A stretch of DNA of 64,000 bases. Source: an uncultured Alphaproteobacteria bacterium (lineage in GTDB: Bacteria; Pseudomonadota; Alphaproteobacteria; Rs-D84). The stretch lies in contig CALXML010000001.1 of NCBI GenBank assembly GCA_944389465.1, positions 487 through 64,486 of the forward strand, in the 5' to 3' direction. This document shows, one piece after another, positions 7,801-16,601 of the stretch. The notes beneath the pieces were generated by a model, which saw only the letters and a list, made by a program, of their open reading frames with translations, ran no database searches and was not told where the DNA came from. The position numbers and the translations under genes are program-made. How positions within the stretch are numbered: the stretch's first letter is position 1; every line of letters starts with the position of its first letter.

Positions 7801-9381
7801 ATGAATATGTATCAATTGCTGGAACGTACAGTTGCCAAATGGCCGAACAATTTATTTCTGGTTCGTGAAAATGTTACGTTTACAGGATTTATAGAATTTG
7901 TGCGGGCACGTGCAACTTCGTTGCATAATGCCGGCGTTAAAAAAGGCGATGTTGTCGGAATTTTATCGCATAATATTCCGGAATTTCCAATAACGCTGTT
8001 TGCGATTTGGTATTTGGGCGGAACAGTTTTGTTGTTGGATACTAATTTAACACCGTTTGAATATGATAATATGACGGAAACGACAAAATGCCATATGGTT
8101 TGTGCAGAACCGTCTTTCTTCTATAAAACTAAAAAGTTCAAGTTTTATGACATTACAGCCAAGGATGACAAGATTGATGCACGGTTAAAACCGGCGGCAT
8201 TGGAATCTGATGATGTGGCGACAATGTCGTTTACGTCGGGTTCAACCGGTACGCCAAAGGTTGTGCCACTGACGCATTTTAATTTGGTTGAATGTTCTAA
8301 TTCACTGGAAGATATGCATAAATGGATTAAATCCGGATTTGTGCTGTATGGATTTTTACCCATGTATCATATTTTCGGGTTCGCGGTGGAAATATTGGCG
8401 ACTTTGCATTATGGGGCAGGCGTTCTGTTACAGCCCAGTGTTAATCCAAAGGAAATTATGGCTGACTTTAAACAATATCGTCCGCATGTAATACCGGCCG
8501 TGCCGCGTTTATGGGAAGTTTTGCGTAACCGCATTATTGAAAACATCAAATCGCAACATAAATGGTGGCTGGTGTCGTTTGTTTTGAAATACGGCAAAAC
8601 ACTGCAAAAAATCGGTTTGGGTAAATTGGTGAAAAAGGTCCAAGAACCGGTGTTGGCCGTGTTTGGTGGACGTGCACAGTTGCTGATTGCGGGTGGTGCC
8701 GCGACCAAGCCCGAGGTTGAAACATTTTACGAACGTTTGGGATTAACGTTTATTCAGGGGTATGGTTTAACGGAAACTGTTGGGCCAATCTGTATTTCAA
8801 AGCCGACAAAAAAACGTTTTCCATTTGCTTTTGGTGGGCCAACCACAAACAATGAATGCGAAATCCGCGACAAGAACGAGGATGGCGTTGGTGTTCTGTG
8901 GGTGCGTGGTCATCAGGTCTTTGGCGGGTATTTAAATAATCCGGCGGTAAACAAGGAAGTCTTTGACGAACGTGGATATTTTAATACCGGTGATATGGTG
9001 ACAATGGATAAAAATGGTGAATTGCACTTTGCTGGCCGTAAAAAGCAGGTAATTGTGCTGGATTCCGGTAAAAATGTTTATCCCGATGAACTGGAGGGTA
9101 TGTTCATTGAAATCCCCGGCGTTAAAAATGTTGCCGTGTTTGAGCACAAGGTAAAGGATAAAACTGTTACATATGGTGTGTTCAGTGTAGAACCGGATAT
9201 GACATTGGAAAAACTGGCCGCGGCCGTTGCACAGGCAAATAAAAAGGTTGCATCATATAAATGGGTAACGCATTTTGCGATGACAACAGACGATTTGCCC
9301 ACAACCAGCACGCAAAAGGTTAAACACCACGTCGTGCGCCAGAACTTGATAGAGGGTAAATACCCAATCAGAAAAGAATAA
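7801..9381 (+). CDS. AMP-dependent synthetase/ligase (long-chain fatty acid-CoA ligase-like)
   Basis: AMP-binding motif MSFTSGSTGTPKVV, plus GYGLTET and the C-terminal TSTQKVKH. Start set at ATG 7801 (MNMYQLL). Confidence 0.85.
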   Translation: MNMYQLLERTVAKWPNNLFLVRENVTFTGFIEFVRARATSLHNAGVKKGDVVGILSHNIPEFPITLFAIWYLGGTVLLLDTNLTPFEYDNMTETTKCHMVCAEPSFFYKTKKFKFYDITAKDDKIDARLKPAALESDDVATMSFTSGSTGTPKVVPLTHFNLVECSNSLEDMHKWIKSGFVLYGFLPMYHIFGFAVEILATLHYGAGVLLQPSVNPKEIMADFKQYRPHVIPAVPRLWEVLRNRIIENIKSQHKWWLVSFVLKYGKTLQKIGLGKLVKKVQEPVLAVFGGRAQLLIAGGAATKPEVETFYERLGLTFIQGYGLTETVGPICISKPTKKRFPFAFGGPTTNNECEIRDKNEDGVGVLWVRGHQVFGGYLNNPAVNKEVFDERGYFNTGDMVTMDKNGELHFAGRKKQVIVLDSGKNVYPDELEGMFIEIPGVKNVAVFEHKVKDKTVTYGVFSVEPDMTLEKLAAAVAQANKKVASYKWVTHFAMTTDDLPTTSTQKVKHHVVRQNLIEGKYPIRKE

Positions 9382-9383
9382 AA

Positions 9384-9408
9384 AACGGGGCAAACGCCCC
9401 GTTTTTTG
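9384..9408 (+). terminator. intrinsic terminator
   Basis: ACGGGGC-AAAC-GCCCCGT followed by TTTTTT. A nearly identical hairpin recurs at 13765-13789. Confidence 0.7.
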
Positions 9409-9439
9409 TTAGAGTGTAGATGTTGGCCGCGCGAATGCG

Positions 9440-9612
9440 CGGTTTTTTATTTACTGGATTGCTTCGCTTTGCTCGCAATGACAAGAACTGTGGCTTTATA
9501 TAAATACGAGTAACTAGTAACCAGCAACGAGTAACCATCTTGTCATTGCGAGCCACGTTAGTGGCGCGGCAATCCATGTATATTTATGTCCGCGTCCGTT
9601 TGGACGCGGTAC
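9440..9612. repeat. mosaic REP/MITE-like palindromic repeat units (R2, GTTACTCGT-type short repeats, R1, R3)
   Basis: CTGGATTGCTTCGCTTTGCTCGCAATGACA, TGTCATTGCGAGCCACGTTAGTGGCGCGGCAATCCAT and TCCGCGTCCGTTTGGACGCGG recur at 13800-13925, 15005-15090 and 17058-17330. Confidence 0.8.
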
Positions 9613-9646
9613 TTATGGTGTGGGGGCAGGGGCAAAACTTAACCAT

Positions 9647-9674
9647 TTGCAATTTTGGTTGGGTGTGCTATAAT
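9647..9674 (+). promoter_or_regulatory. promoter of leader RNA copy 1
   Basis: TTGCAA, a 16-nt spacer, then TGcTATAAT (extended -10). Confidence 0.55.
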
Positions 9675-9680
9675 TTTTCG

Positions 9681-9835
9681 TGCATTGGATGATTACCAGT
9701 GCGGGGTGTAAGAACCTTGAAAGACAAATCTCCAACATTGGTTGGAGGGCTCGTGAATATATTGAATAAGCGGCACTACTTGTCTTTGTAGTTCTTAACC
9801 TCCAACCGCCTTTAATCATGGCGGTTTGTTTTTAT
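9681..9835 (+). ncRNA. structured leader RNA, copy 1 (candidate riboswitch/attenuator, or an sRNA)
   Basis: It shares a conserved architecture with minus-strand copies at 14678-14907 and 18065-18252: P0 hairpin, GGGGTGT, P1, P2 CTCCAAC/GTTGGAG, P3, CCTCCAACC, then terminator ACCGCC...GGCGGT+TTGTTTTT. End coordinates are approximate. Confidence 0.6.
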
Positions 9836-9854
9836 TAAAAACATGGGGGTAAAA

Positions 9855-10103
9855 ATGGCAAAATTACAAAAGTTGGAAAAAATGTTTAACAGCAATGCTG
9901 ATTTCCCAGCAGGCTATTTTTTGCATGCGGCCAGAATTTGTACCGGTTTGTCGCGTGGAATGCTGGCGTCAAAAATGGGGATATCGGTTGCTATGTTGAC
10001 TAATTACGAACAGGGCAAATCAAAAATTCCACCACGGATAATGTTACAGATTTTTCTGTTCGGATTGGATTTTTATCGGCGTGCGTCTGCCATAACAGAA
10101 TGA
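9855..10103 (+). CDS. XRE-family helix-turn-helix protein
   Basis: LHAARICTGLSRGMLASKMGISVAMLTNYEQGKSKIP is an HTH_XRE pattern. ATG 9855 follows GGGGG; ATG 9843 is an alternative start. Confidence 0.65.
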   Translation: MAKLQKLEKMFNSNADFPAGYFLHAARICTGLSRGMLASKMGISVAMLTNYEQGKSKIPPRIMLQIFLFGLDFYRRASAITE

Positions 10104-10189
10104 AAAAAATCGGCAATAAAATGCCGATTTTATAAAGTTAAAGCATTTTGATAACTTTTTAAAAATATGTGTAATTTCAAAATAATATT

Positions 10190-11500
10190 TTATTTTCCTA
10201 AACATAATTGTGAAAATGTTGCGTCCAGTACTTCACTGGCCGTGATTGTGCCCAATATTTTTCCAATTGCGTCCGCAGCGCGACGGGTGTGTTCTGAAAA
10301 TATGTCATAATTTTCCGTGCCCGCATTCAGTGCATTTTTTAATTCGTCCGCCGCATCATTTAACAGGGCGCGGGTGCGGGCGTTTACCGCGACACCGTTG
10401 TCGGCCGTTTTTGCAATGTCTGAAATTTTATTTTTGATGGCGGTGGTTAATTCAGGAACACCGTCGCCCGTTTTGGCGGATACGTAAATCGCGTTTTTGA
10501 TTTTTGTTGCCTTGTCCAAATCAGATTTATTTATTACGTAAATTTCATTTGGTTTTATTTTTTGTGGAATGCACGGATTGTTTTCGGCACTTTGTACATT
10601 TATTATAATATCCGCATTTTCAATTTCTGATTGGGTGCGTTCAATGCCCGCCTGTTCAATTTTGTCATTTGTTTCACGCAGGCCCGCCGTATCGGACAGG
10701 TTTACCATATATCCACCAATATCCAGATTTACAGATACAACATCGCGGGTTGTTCCGGGGGTGTCGGATACTATTGCACGATTTGCGCCCAAAATTGCAT
10801 TAAACATTGATGATTTTCCAACATTTGTTTCGCCAATTAATGCAACGTTAAAACCGCCGCGGATGGCGCGAACCGCCGCATAGCGCGAAATGGCAGTATT
10901 AATTTCATCGTATAATTTTTGTGTTTTTGTGCGTATGGTGTCCGCAATATTTGCAGGCAATTCATCTTCTGCATAATCCAGCATTGCCGCCGCATATGCG
11001 GAAATTTCAATCATTTGCCCCCGCCATTCGTTATATATTGCACTGTCCCCGCCCAGCATAGATGCCAGTGCTGATTTGCGCTGGGCATCGGTTTGTGCAT
11101 CCAGTAACGCCGCCAGACCGTCAATATCCGCCAAATCCATTTTGTTATTATAAAATGCGCGGCGTGAAAATTCGCCCGCCGTGGCCATACGGCCGCCCAT
11201 ATCACGCAGGTATTCAAATATTTTTTCAATAACGGCCGGTGCGCCATGGGAATATATTTCAATAACATCTGTGCCGGTAAAAGAATGGGGTGCGGCAAAA
11301 TATATTGCGATAATTTGGTCAATTATATCGCCAGCGCGGTCGTGCATATTTGCAAAATATGCGTGGCGTGCGTCGGCACATTTGCGATTTGTGATTTTTA
11401 AAAACAAATTATACAAATCGTCGCCCGATACACGTATGACGGCCACACCTGATTTTCCATGTCCTGACGACAGTGCAAAAATAGTTTCATTATTGTTCAT
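10190..11500 (-). CDS. mnmE: tRNA modification GTPase MnmE
   Basis: N-terminus IFALSSGHGKSGVAVIRVSG, G domain GETNVGKSS, and a C-terminal CLGK tetrapeptide. Confidence 0.95.
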   Translation of the reverse strand: MNNNETIFALSSGHGKSGVAVIRVSGDDLYNLFLKITNRKCADARHAYFANMHDRAGDIIDQIIAIYFAAPHSFTGTDVIEIYSHGAPAVIEKIFEYLRDMGGRMATAGEFSRRAFYNNKMDLADIDGLAALLDAQTDAQRKSALASMLGGDSAIYNEWRGQMIEISAYAAAMLDYAEDELPANIADTIRTKTQKLYDEINTAISRYAAVRAIRGGFNVALIGETNVGKSSMFNAILGANRAIVSDTPGTTRDVVSVNLDIGGYMVNLSDTAGLRETNDKIEQAGIERTQSEIENADIIINVQSAENNPCIPQKIKPNEIYVINKSDLDKATKIKNAIYVSAKTGDGVPELTTAIKNKISDIAKTADNGVAVNARTRALLNDAADELKNALNAGTENYDIFSEHTRRAADAIGKILGTITASEVLDATFSQLCLGK

Positions 11501-11503
11501 ATT

Positions 11504-12082
11504 TTATTTATTCCCGCTGATTTGTTTTAATGCCATTGGCACCAGTTTTGATACATCGGCATCTGGATTGGCGGCAACCAGTTTTTGTGCCATATCCACA
11601 ATATCCAAACGCCGGTATCCCAATGATTCCAGTGCGGCCAGTAAATCTGGTAATGCACCGGACGTACCGCCAGTGTCACCAAAATCAAATGCGGTGCCGC
11701 CGACCTTGGATTTTAATTCAACTATGATTTTTTCAGCCACTTTTTTCCCAACCCCCGGTGCCGCGGTGATTGTTTTTGCGTCGCCCGTTGCGATGGCCGT
11801 CATTAATGTATCTGTATTTATTGCGCCCATGATTGCCATGGCCAATTTTGGACCAACGCCCGATACGGCCGTTAATTGGTTAAACAGGGTTTGCGCGGAC
11901 AGGGATGAAAAGCCGAACAGACGGATGGAATCTTCGCGTACGACGGTTTCAATCCATAATGTCACCGTTGATTTCGGGGTTAAATATTCCGGTGTAAAAA
12001 CTTTATATCCAACGCCGCCCGTCATCAAGATGACAAAACCGTCACCGACGTAATCAACATTTCCTTGCAATTTGCCAATCAT
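11504..12082 (-). CDS. ruvA: Holliday junction branch migration complex subunit RuvA
   Basis: MIGKLQGNVDYVGDGFVILMTGGVGYKV, with HhH motifs (VSGVGPKLA, APGVGKKVAEKI). Confidence 0.9.
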   Translation of the reverse strand: MIGKLQGNVDYVGDGFVILMTGGVGYKVFTPEYLTPKSTVTLWIETVVREDSIRLFGFSSLSAQTLFNQLTAVSGVGPKLAMAIMGAINTDTLMTAIATGDAKTITAAPGVGKKVAEKIIVELKSKVGGTAFDFGDTGGTSGALPDLLAALESLGYRRLDIVDMAQKLVAANPDADVSKLVPMALKQISGNK

Positions 12083-12134
12083 TTGGTATCCTTTTGCCAG
12101 TAATTTTAATCTAATATATATAAAAGGTCAAATT

Positions 12135-12851
12135 ATGAGTGGACACAGCAAATGGCATAATATTCAGCACAAAAAGGGTGCTGTTGATGCGGCGCGCAGT
12201 GGTTTGTTTACTAAACTGGCGCGTGAAATAACAATGGCTGCAAAATTGGGCGATAAAAATCCGGATAATAATCCGCGTTTGCGCTTGGCAATTTTGAATG
12301 CACGTAAAAATTCTATGCCGAATGATAATATCAAGCGCGCAATTGACAAGGCGTCTGGGGCAAATACTGAAAACTATGTTGCCGTTCGGTACGAGGGATA
12401 TGGTCCAAATGCCGTGCCGGTTATTGTAGAGGCGTTAACCGATAACCCGCGTCGCACCGTTCCTGAAATTCGCAATATTTTTGCAAAAAATGGCGGCAAT
12501 ATGGGCGAAGAGGGCAGTGTTGTATTTATGTTTACACGCGCCGGACAAATCTTTTACCCTGCATCCATTGGTAAAAGCGAGGATGAAATGATGGAAATCA
12601 TTATGGATGCAAATGCTGATAATCTGGAATCAGATGAAGAAGGATTTATCATCACGACCAAGCCGGATGATTTTATTACTGTGCAAAAGGTTTTGGCCGA
12701 TAAGTTGGGTGAACCGGAACGCGCTGAATTAACATGGATTCCAAATATGCCAATGGATTTAGATGACGAAGCATATGCCAAGTTGGAAAAATTGGTTGAC
12801 GCATTGGATGACAATGACGACGTGCAAAAGGTCTTTACCGCCGCGGCATAA
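12135..12851 (+). CDS. yebC: YebC/PmpR family DNA-binding transcriptional regulator
   Basis: The MSGHSKWHNIQHKKG N-terminus is diagnostic. Start set at ATG 12135. Confidence 0.9.
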   Translation: MSGHSKWHNIQHKKGAVDAARSGLFTKLAREITMAAKLGDKNPDNNPRLRLAILNARKNSMPNDNIKRAIDKASGANTENYVAVRYEGYGPNAVPVIVEALTDNPRRTVPEIRNIFAKNGGNMGEEGSVVFMFTRAGQIFYPASIGKSEDEMMEIIMDANADNLESDEEGFIITTKPDDFITVQKVLADKLGEPERAELTWIPNMPMDLDDEAYAKLEKLVDALDDNDDVQKVFTAAA

Positions 12852-12956
12852 TGCCAATTGGCGCATACATAAAATTCCGCATAGCAATATGCGGAATTTT
12901 TGTTTTTGGTTTTATAATATGCTATTATACATATATATTATATATAAAGGTATAAA

Positions 12957-13433
12957 ATGCGGATTTTGGGAATTGACCCGGGGTTATTACATACCGGTTG
13001 GGCGGTGATTGATGTTAACGGGGCGTCGTATCACTATGTCGCCAGTGGTGTGATTTTGCCGAAATCATCGTTGCCGTTGTCCGAACGGTTGGCGACAATT
13101 TTTCGTGGGGTGGATAAACTGTGTTCTGATTTTGGGCCGGATGTATGCAGTATTGAAATTACGTTTGTAAATCAAAATCCAAAAACAACCCTGATTCTGG
13201 GGCACGCCCGTGCGGCCGCAATTGTGGCGGTCGCCAATCGTGAAATTCCCATTTTTGAATATGAACCGAACAAGATTAAAAAGGCCCTGACATCCGCCGG
13301 ACATGCGGGCAAGGAACAAATTTATAAAATGGTGCGAATGCTGTTGCCGGCTGCAAATCCGAAAACGCCGGATGAAAGTGATGCCATTGCCATTGCACTG
13401 ACCCATGCGAATATGAGTAGATTCAAGTTTTAA
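12957..13433 (+). CDS. ruvC: crossover junction endodeoxyribonuclease RuvC
   Basis: MRILGIDPGLLHTGWAVID ... DESDAIAIALTH. Confidence 0.9.
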   Translation: MRILGIDPGLLHTGWAVIDVNGASYHYVASGVILPKSSLPLSERLATIFRGVDKLCSDFGPDVCSIEITFVNQNPKTTLILGHARAAAIVAVANREIPIFEYEPNKIKKALTSAGHAGKEQIYKMVRMLLPAANPKTPDESDAIAIALTHANMSRFKF

Positions 13434-13481
13434 TATTTATACATATATGATATAATAGTATATGAACCAAAGGTGGCAAAA

Positions 13482-13757
13482 ATGAAAAAAGATTTTAATG
13501 AAAAACGTGATGTAAAATTATTATCCAAGCAACGTATTTTGTTTCGTGCGTTTGTGGTGAACACTGTTTTGGTTCTGTTAATTTGGGGATTGACTTTTAT
13601 TCCGGCATTAATGTATTTGGGTGTTTTAATTACAGGTGTTTCCGCACCAATGTTTTATGTGTATGCGGTTGGAACATTGGCATTGTGGGGATTGACGGGC
13701 GTGATATTATTTTTAATTCCCGCAATTGCAGTTTGGTGGGAAAGAAAAGCCAGATAG
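13482..13757 (+). CDS. small membrane protein (hypothetical, 2-3 TM segments)
   Basis: Hydrophobic segments VVNTVLVLLIWGLTFIPALMYLGVLITGV and LALWGLTGVILFLIPAIAVWW. AGGTGG RBS lies upstream of ATG 13482. Confidence 0.45.
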   Translation: MKKDFNEKRDVKLLSKQRILFRAFVVNTVLVLLIWGLTFIPALMYLGVLITGVSAPMFYVYAVGTLALWGLTGVILFLIPAIAVWWERKAR

Positions 13758-13764
13758 TAATTCA

Positions 13765-13789
13765 AAACGGGGCATTTGCCCCGTTTTTT
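13765..13789 (+). terminator. intrinsic terminator
   Basis: ACGGGGC-ATTT-GCCCCGT followed by TTTTTT. Confidence 0.7.
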
Positions 13790-13799
13790 GTTGCTGGTT

Positions 13800-13925
13800 A
13801 TTCGTGTTTTTTATATGTCATTGCGAGCCATCGCAGATGGCGTGGCAATCCATAATGTATTTGCTGACGCAAATAAGTATATAATGACTGGATTGCTTCG
13901 CTTTGCTCGCAATGACAATGTGGGG
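13800..13925. repeat. ~100-bp palindromic REP/MITE-like element (R1-spacer-R2)
   Basis: TGTCATTGCGAGCC...GGCAATCCA pairs with TGGATTGC...GCTCGCAATGACA. The same unit occurs at 17178-17272. Confidence 0.8.
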
Positions 13926-13951
13926 GGGCACGCGTCACGGGAATGACGGGG

Positions 13952-14230
13952 TTATTCCAACGGACAGGCGGATGTGAATACGTATGTGCCGGATGCGTCC
14001 GTATATTGCGTGTTTGCCGGTGCATACATAATGCATGAACCGGCGGGTGACGTCACCAAACAACTGGTTGTCGTGCCGGCGGATGTATATCCGGTGGGAC
14101 ATGAATTGTTCGCTATTGTCATATATTCTTCCTTTATCGTGACATAACCTGACGGACACGATGTTGACGGTGCGGCGGCAATTGCGCCGGCCGGCGCAAT
14201 TGTCAGAAACAATATAAAAATTCTTTTCAT
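13952..14230 (-). CDS. small Cys-rich secreted protein (92 aa), cassette I
   Basis: Signal peptide MKRIFILFLTIAPAGAIAAA, eight Cys, and C-terminal motif YTDASGTYVFTSACPLE. Its paralog lies at 17349-17627. Confidence 0.75.
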   Translation of the reverse strand: MKRIFILFLTIAPAGAIAAAPSTSCPSGYVTIKEEYMTIANNSCPTGYTSAGTTTSCLVTSPAGSCIMYAPANTQYTDASGTYVFTSACPLE

Positions 14231-14245
14231 ATTCGCCCCCCACGT

Positions 14246-14677
14246 TTAGTCAGATAGATTACTGAACATCGCAGAACGGACAGATGCATTGCTCGCCGCG
14301 TCGCGCGCACAGTTGTTCGCGCAAGAGACGGCACAATTAGACGCCGACCCGAAGTCGTAGCTGAACACCCAAGACGATACGGCCGGTGATGTCATTTTAC
14401 ACCAGCAATACCTGTCATCAGTACCGCCACTAATTTCCAAAGACGTCGCTGTTTGGCCAGCTGAACTGCCACTTGTGCTGGAACATTGACTTATGCCGCT
14501 TATTGCAATACTCGTCCCACTGGTGGTACAATTTGATTTCCAGTCAACAACATAACTCCCAGAATAAACATATGAACACGTTGTTGATGATGACAGTTTT
14601 ACGCATTTTGTGACGGCAAACGCCGGTGGAATTGTGGCCACGCAAATCAGGCCAGCAATTAATAAATGTTTTTTCAT
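14246..14677 (-). CDS. Cys/Ser/Thr-rich secreted protein (143 aa), cassette I
   Basis: CAGGAG RBS and ATG 14677. Signal peptide MKKHLLIAGLICVATIPPAFA. Its paralog lies at 17642-18064. Confidence 0.75.
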   Translation of the reverse strand: MKKHLLIAGLICVATIPPAFAVTKCVKLSSSTTCSYVYSGSYVVDWKSNCTTSGTSIAISGISQCSSTSGSSAGQTATSLEISGGTDDRYCWCKMTSPAVSSWVFSYDFGSASNCAVSCANNCARDAASNASVRSAMFSNLSD

Positions 14678-14907
14678 TTTCAAACTCCTGTTTTTTCTGA
14701 ATAAGAAAACCACCAGAAAATTCGGGTGGTCAGGAGGTTAGAAACAATTGAACGAATTGTGTCGCTTATTTTGATATTTCACGACCCTCCTGACCAAATA
14801 TCAGGAGTTGTTTTTCGTCGTAATAAAAACAGCGCACTTGCGCCGTATTATATATCGCGACGCGTTCACAGGGTTTCTACACCCCATTGACGGAATACCC
14901 ATCAACA
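14678..14907 (-). ncRNA. structured leader RNA, copy 2 (5' UTR of cassette I)
   Basis: Same architecture as copies 1 and 3, with compensatory variants: P2 CTCCTGA/TCAGGAG, anti-element CCTCCTGACC, P1 TAGAAAC/GTTTCTA. Terminator ACCACC...TGGTGG+TTTTC. TSS inferred. Confidence 0.6.
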
Positions 14908-14913
14908 TTTTTT

Positions 14914-14941
14914 ATATTATCACAGGTGGCAATTAAATCAA
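14914..14941 (-). promoter_or_regulatory. promoter of leader copy 2 / cassette I
   Basis: On the minus strand, TTGATT, a 16-nt spacer and TAATAT. This block is conserved with 18259-18286. Confidence 0.5.
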
Positions 14942-15004
14942 CAGCATTTTTGCCAAAGTACAGATAGCCAAGTTCAAAGTGTAAATATTGTCCGCTGCGC
15001 GGGG

Positions 15005-15090
15005 CATTGATTATGGCTGGATTGCTTCGCTTTGCCCGCAATGACAAGGGGGGGCGAGTTACTCGTTACTAGTTACTCGTGACTCGGGAA
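15005..15090. repeat. REP/MITE-like repeat units (R2 variant plus GTTACTCGT-type short repeats)
   Basis: CTGGATTGCTTCGCTTTGCCCGCAATGACA followed by GAGTTACTCGTTACTAGTTACTCGTGACTCG. Confidence 0.75.
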
Positions 15091-15105
15091 TGGTGGGTGG
15101 GTTAA

Positions 15106-15435
15106 CTATTTTCTGAAACTGATTTTAGCGACGGCGTCGCGGCCAAAATATTTATTTATTTTTTCTGTGATGTCATTTGTCATATATGACAATTGTAATG
15201 TGAATGCCGGATTTGTTGGGCGCAATGTTATATTAAAACGACCATCACGTGTTTTTTTGATAGCAACTGGTTTTGCGACCGCTGCGATTTCAGGGCCAAT
15301 TATTTTATCCCAACGTTTTAATAAATCTGCATCAGACGCGCGCACGCCAAAGATTTGTAACAATTCGCCCATTGCACTGGCGATTGTTTGCGGGCGTGCA
15401 CTGCGTTTGCTGAATTTATTTTGTTGGTTTGACAT
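15106..15435 (-). CDS. DUF721/DciA-like protein
   Basis: 109 aa. The pattern ...LLKRWDKIIGPEIAAVAKPVAIKK..RFNITLRPTNPAFTLQLSYM... is typical of DUF721 proteins. Confidence 0.6.
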   Translation of the reverse strand: MSNQQNKFSKRSARPQTIASAMGELLQIFGVRASDADLLKRWDKIIGPEIAAVAKPVAIKKTRDGRFNITLRPTNPAFTLQLSYMTNDITEKINKYFGRDAVAKISFRK

Positions 15436-16519
15436 AACTGTATTCTTTTGGCATCAGAATAAACATTTGACCCTGTGCATGTTGGCCGTGGGCAAATTGA
15501 TATGCTTCGTCGCCCTTGCCAAAGAAGATGTCGGCACGAATCCATCCCTTGATTGCACTGCCGGTATCCTGTGCAATCATCAGGCGGCTGAATCTGCGCC
15601 CGTCGGACAGGTTGGTGTCAATGTACACCGGCAGGCCCAATGTATAAATGTCGTCATCCATTGCGATGGAACGGATTTTTGACAGTGGTGTACCCAATTT
15701 CCCGATTACATCCGGTGGAACGGATTCATAGAAATATACGTAACGTGGGTTGCTGTAAATAACCTCTTTGGCCAATGTTGGATTTTTTTTCAGATATGTC
15801 CAAACGGCATCTGCTGAATAGCCACCATCAGGACGAATACCACGTGCGCGTAATTGTTCGCCAATGGATTTAAAAGGCATATCATTTACGGCGGCAAAAT
15901 TTAGTTTTACCATTGTGCCATCTTCCAATTGTAACATACCGCTGCCCTGAATTTGGATGTTTTGCACATCAACAATGTTTGCCCAATACAGGGGGCGGCC
16001 GATTTGCTGTTCAACAATTTGTTTTTTGGGTACGCCCTTGTAATTGCGGCCATCGGTTGGCACGCCCATTAAAGGTTCGTTGCAGGTGGCCGTTTTGGTG
16101 CGGCATGCCGGAATTATTGGTGAATAGTATCCGGTGTACAGCCCGCGTGATGAACCATCGTTATTAAATACCTGATATGGTTGGAAATTTGATTCAAACC
16201 ATGCACGAATGGTTGCCACATCCGCCGATGCGGATGGTAACATACGGCATTTTTCTTCAAATAAAGCACGGTCGGGTACAACGCGGCCGGTGTATTGTAT
16301 TTTTGCACGGCATGAATTACGGAATGCCTGCAGTGCATAGCGCACGTCATCATTGCGCCAATTGGGTAGGGCGTCATATGAAACCTTTTTAAGATTAGAT
16401 GGTATAACGGAATTATCGCCGTGGTGGGTGGGGGTGGATAAATCGCACGATGTCAGCGCACCGATACACATCACAACCGCAAATGTACGGAATATTATCC
16501 GTTTCAGCAAATCCGCCAT
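15416..16519 (-). CDS. mltA: membrane-bound lytic murein transglycosylase A (lipoprotein)
   Basis: Lipobox ALTSC. MltA-specific region and C-terminal 3D domain (IAQDTGSAIKG..RADIFFG). Confidence 0.85.
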   Translation of the reverse strand: MADLLKRIIFRTFAVVMCIGALTSCDLSTPTHHGDNSVIPSNLKKVSYDALPNWRNDDVRYALQAFRNSCRAKIQYTGRVVPDRALFEEKCRMLPSASADVATIRAWFESNFQPYQVFNNDGSSRGLYTGYYSPIIPACRTKTATCNEPLMGVPTDGRNYKGVPKKQIVEQQIGRPLYWANIVDVQNIQIQGSGMLQLEDGTMVKLNFAAVNDMPFKSIGEQLRARGIRPDGGYSADAVWTYLKKNPTLAKEVIYSNPRYVYFYESVPPDVIGKLGTPLSKIRSIAMDDDIYTLGLPVYIDTNLSDGRRFSRLMIAQDTGSAIKGWIRADIFFGKGDEAYQFAHGQHAQGQMFILMPKEYSYVKPTK

Positions 16520-16601
16520 TTTTATAATCCCCCCACTTGTAAAATACTATTTATAATGTTATATTATCATAAAATGATGCGGAAAAAAAGGAGTAAACGC
16601 A

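Noticed and set aside
9368-9577. ORFs inside the palindromic repeats (9368-9577, 13798-14025, 13583-13855, 17115-17324, 17156-17422, 17266-17544) as genes
   Set aside because: They are translations of REP/MITE-like repeat units and terminator hairpins (recurring peptides such as SLRAKRSNP and NGAFAPFF). They have no RBS and overlap better-supported features.
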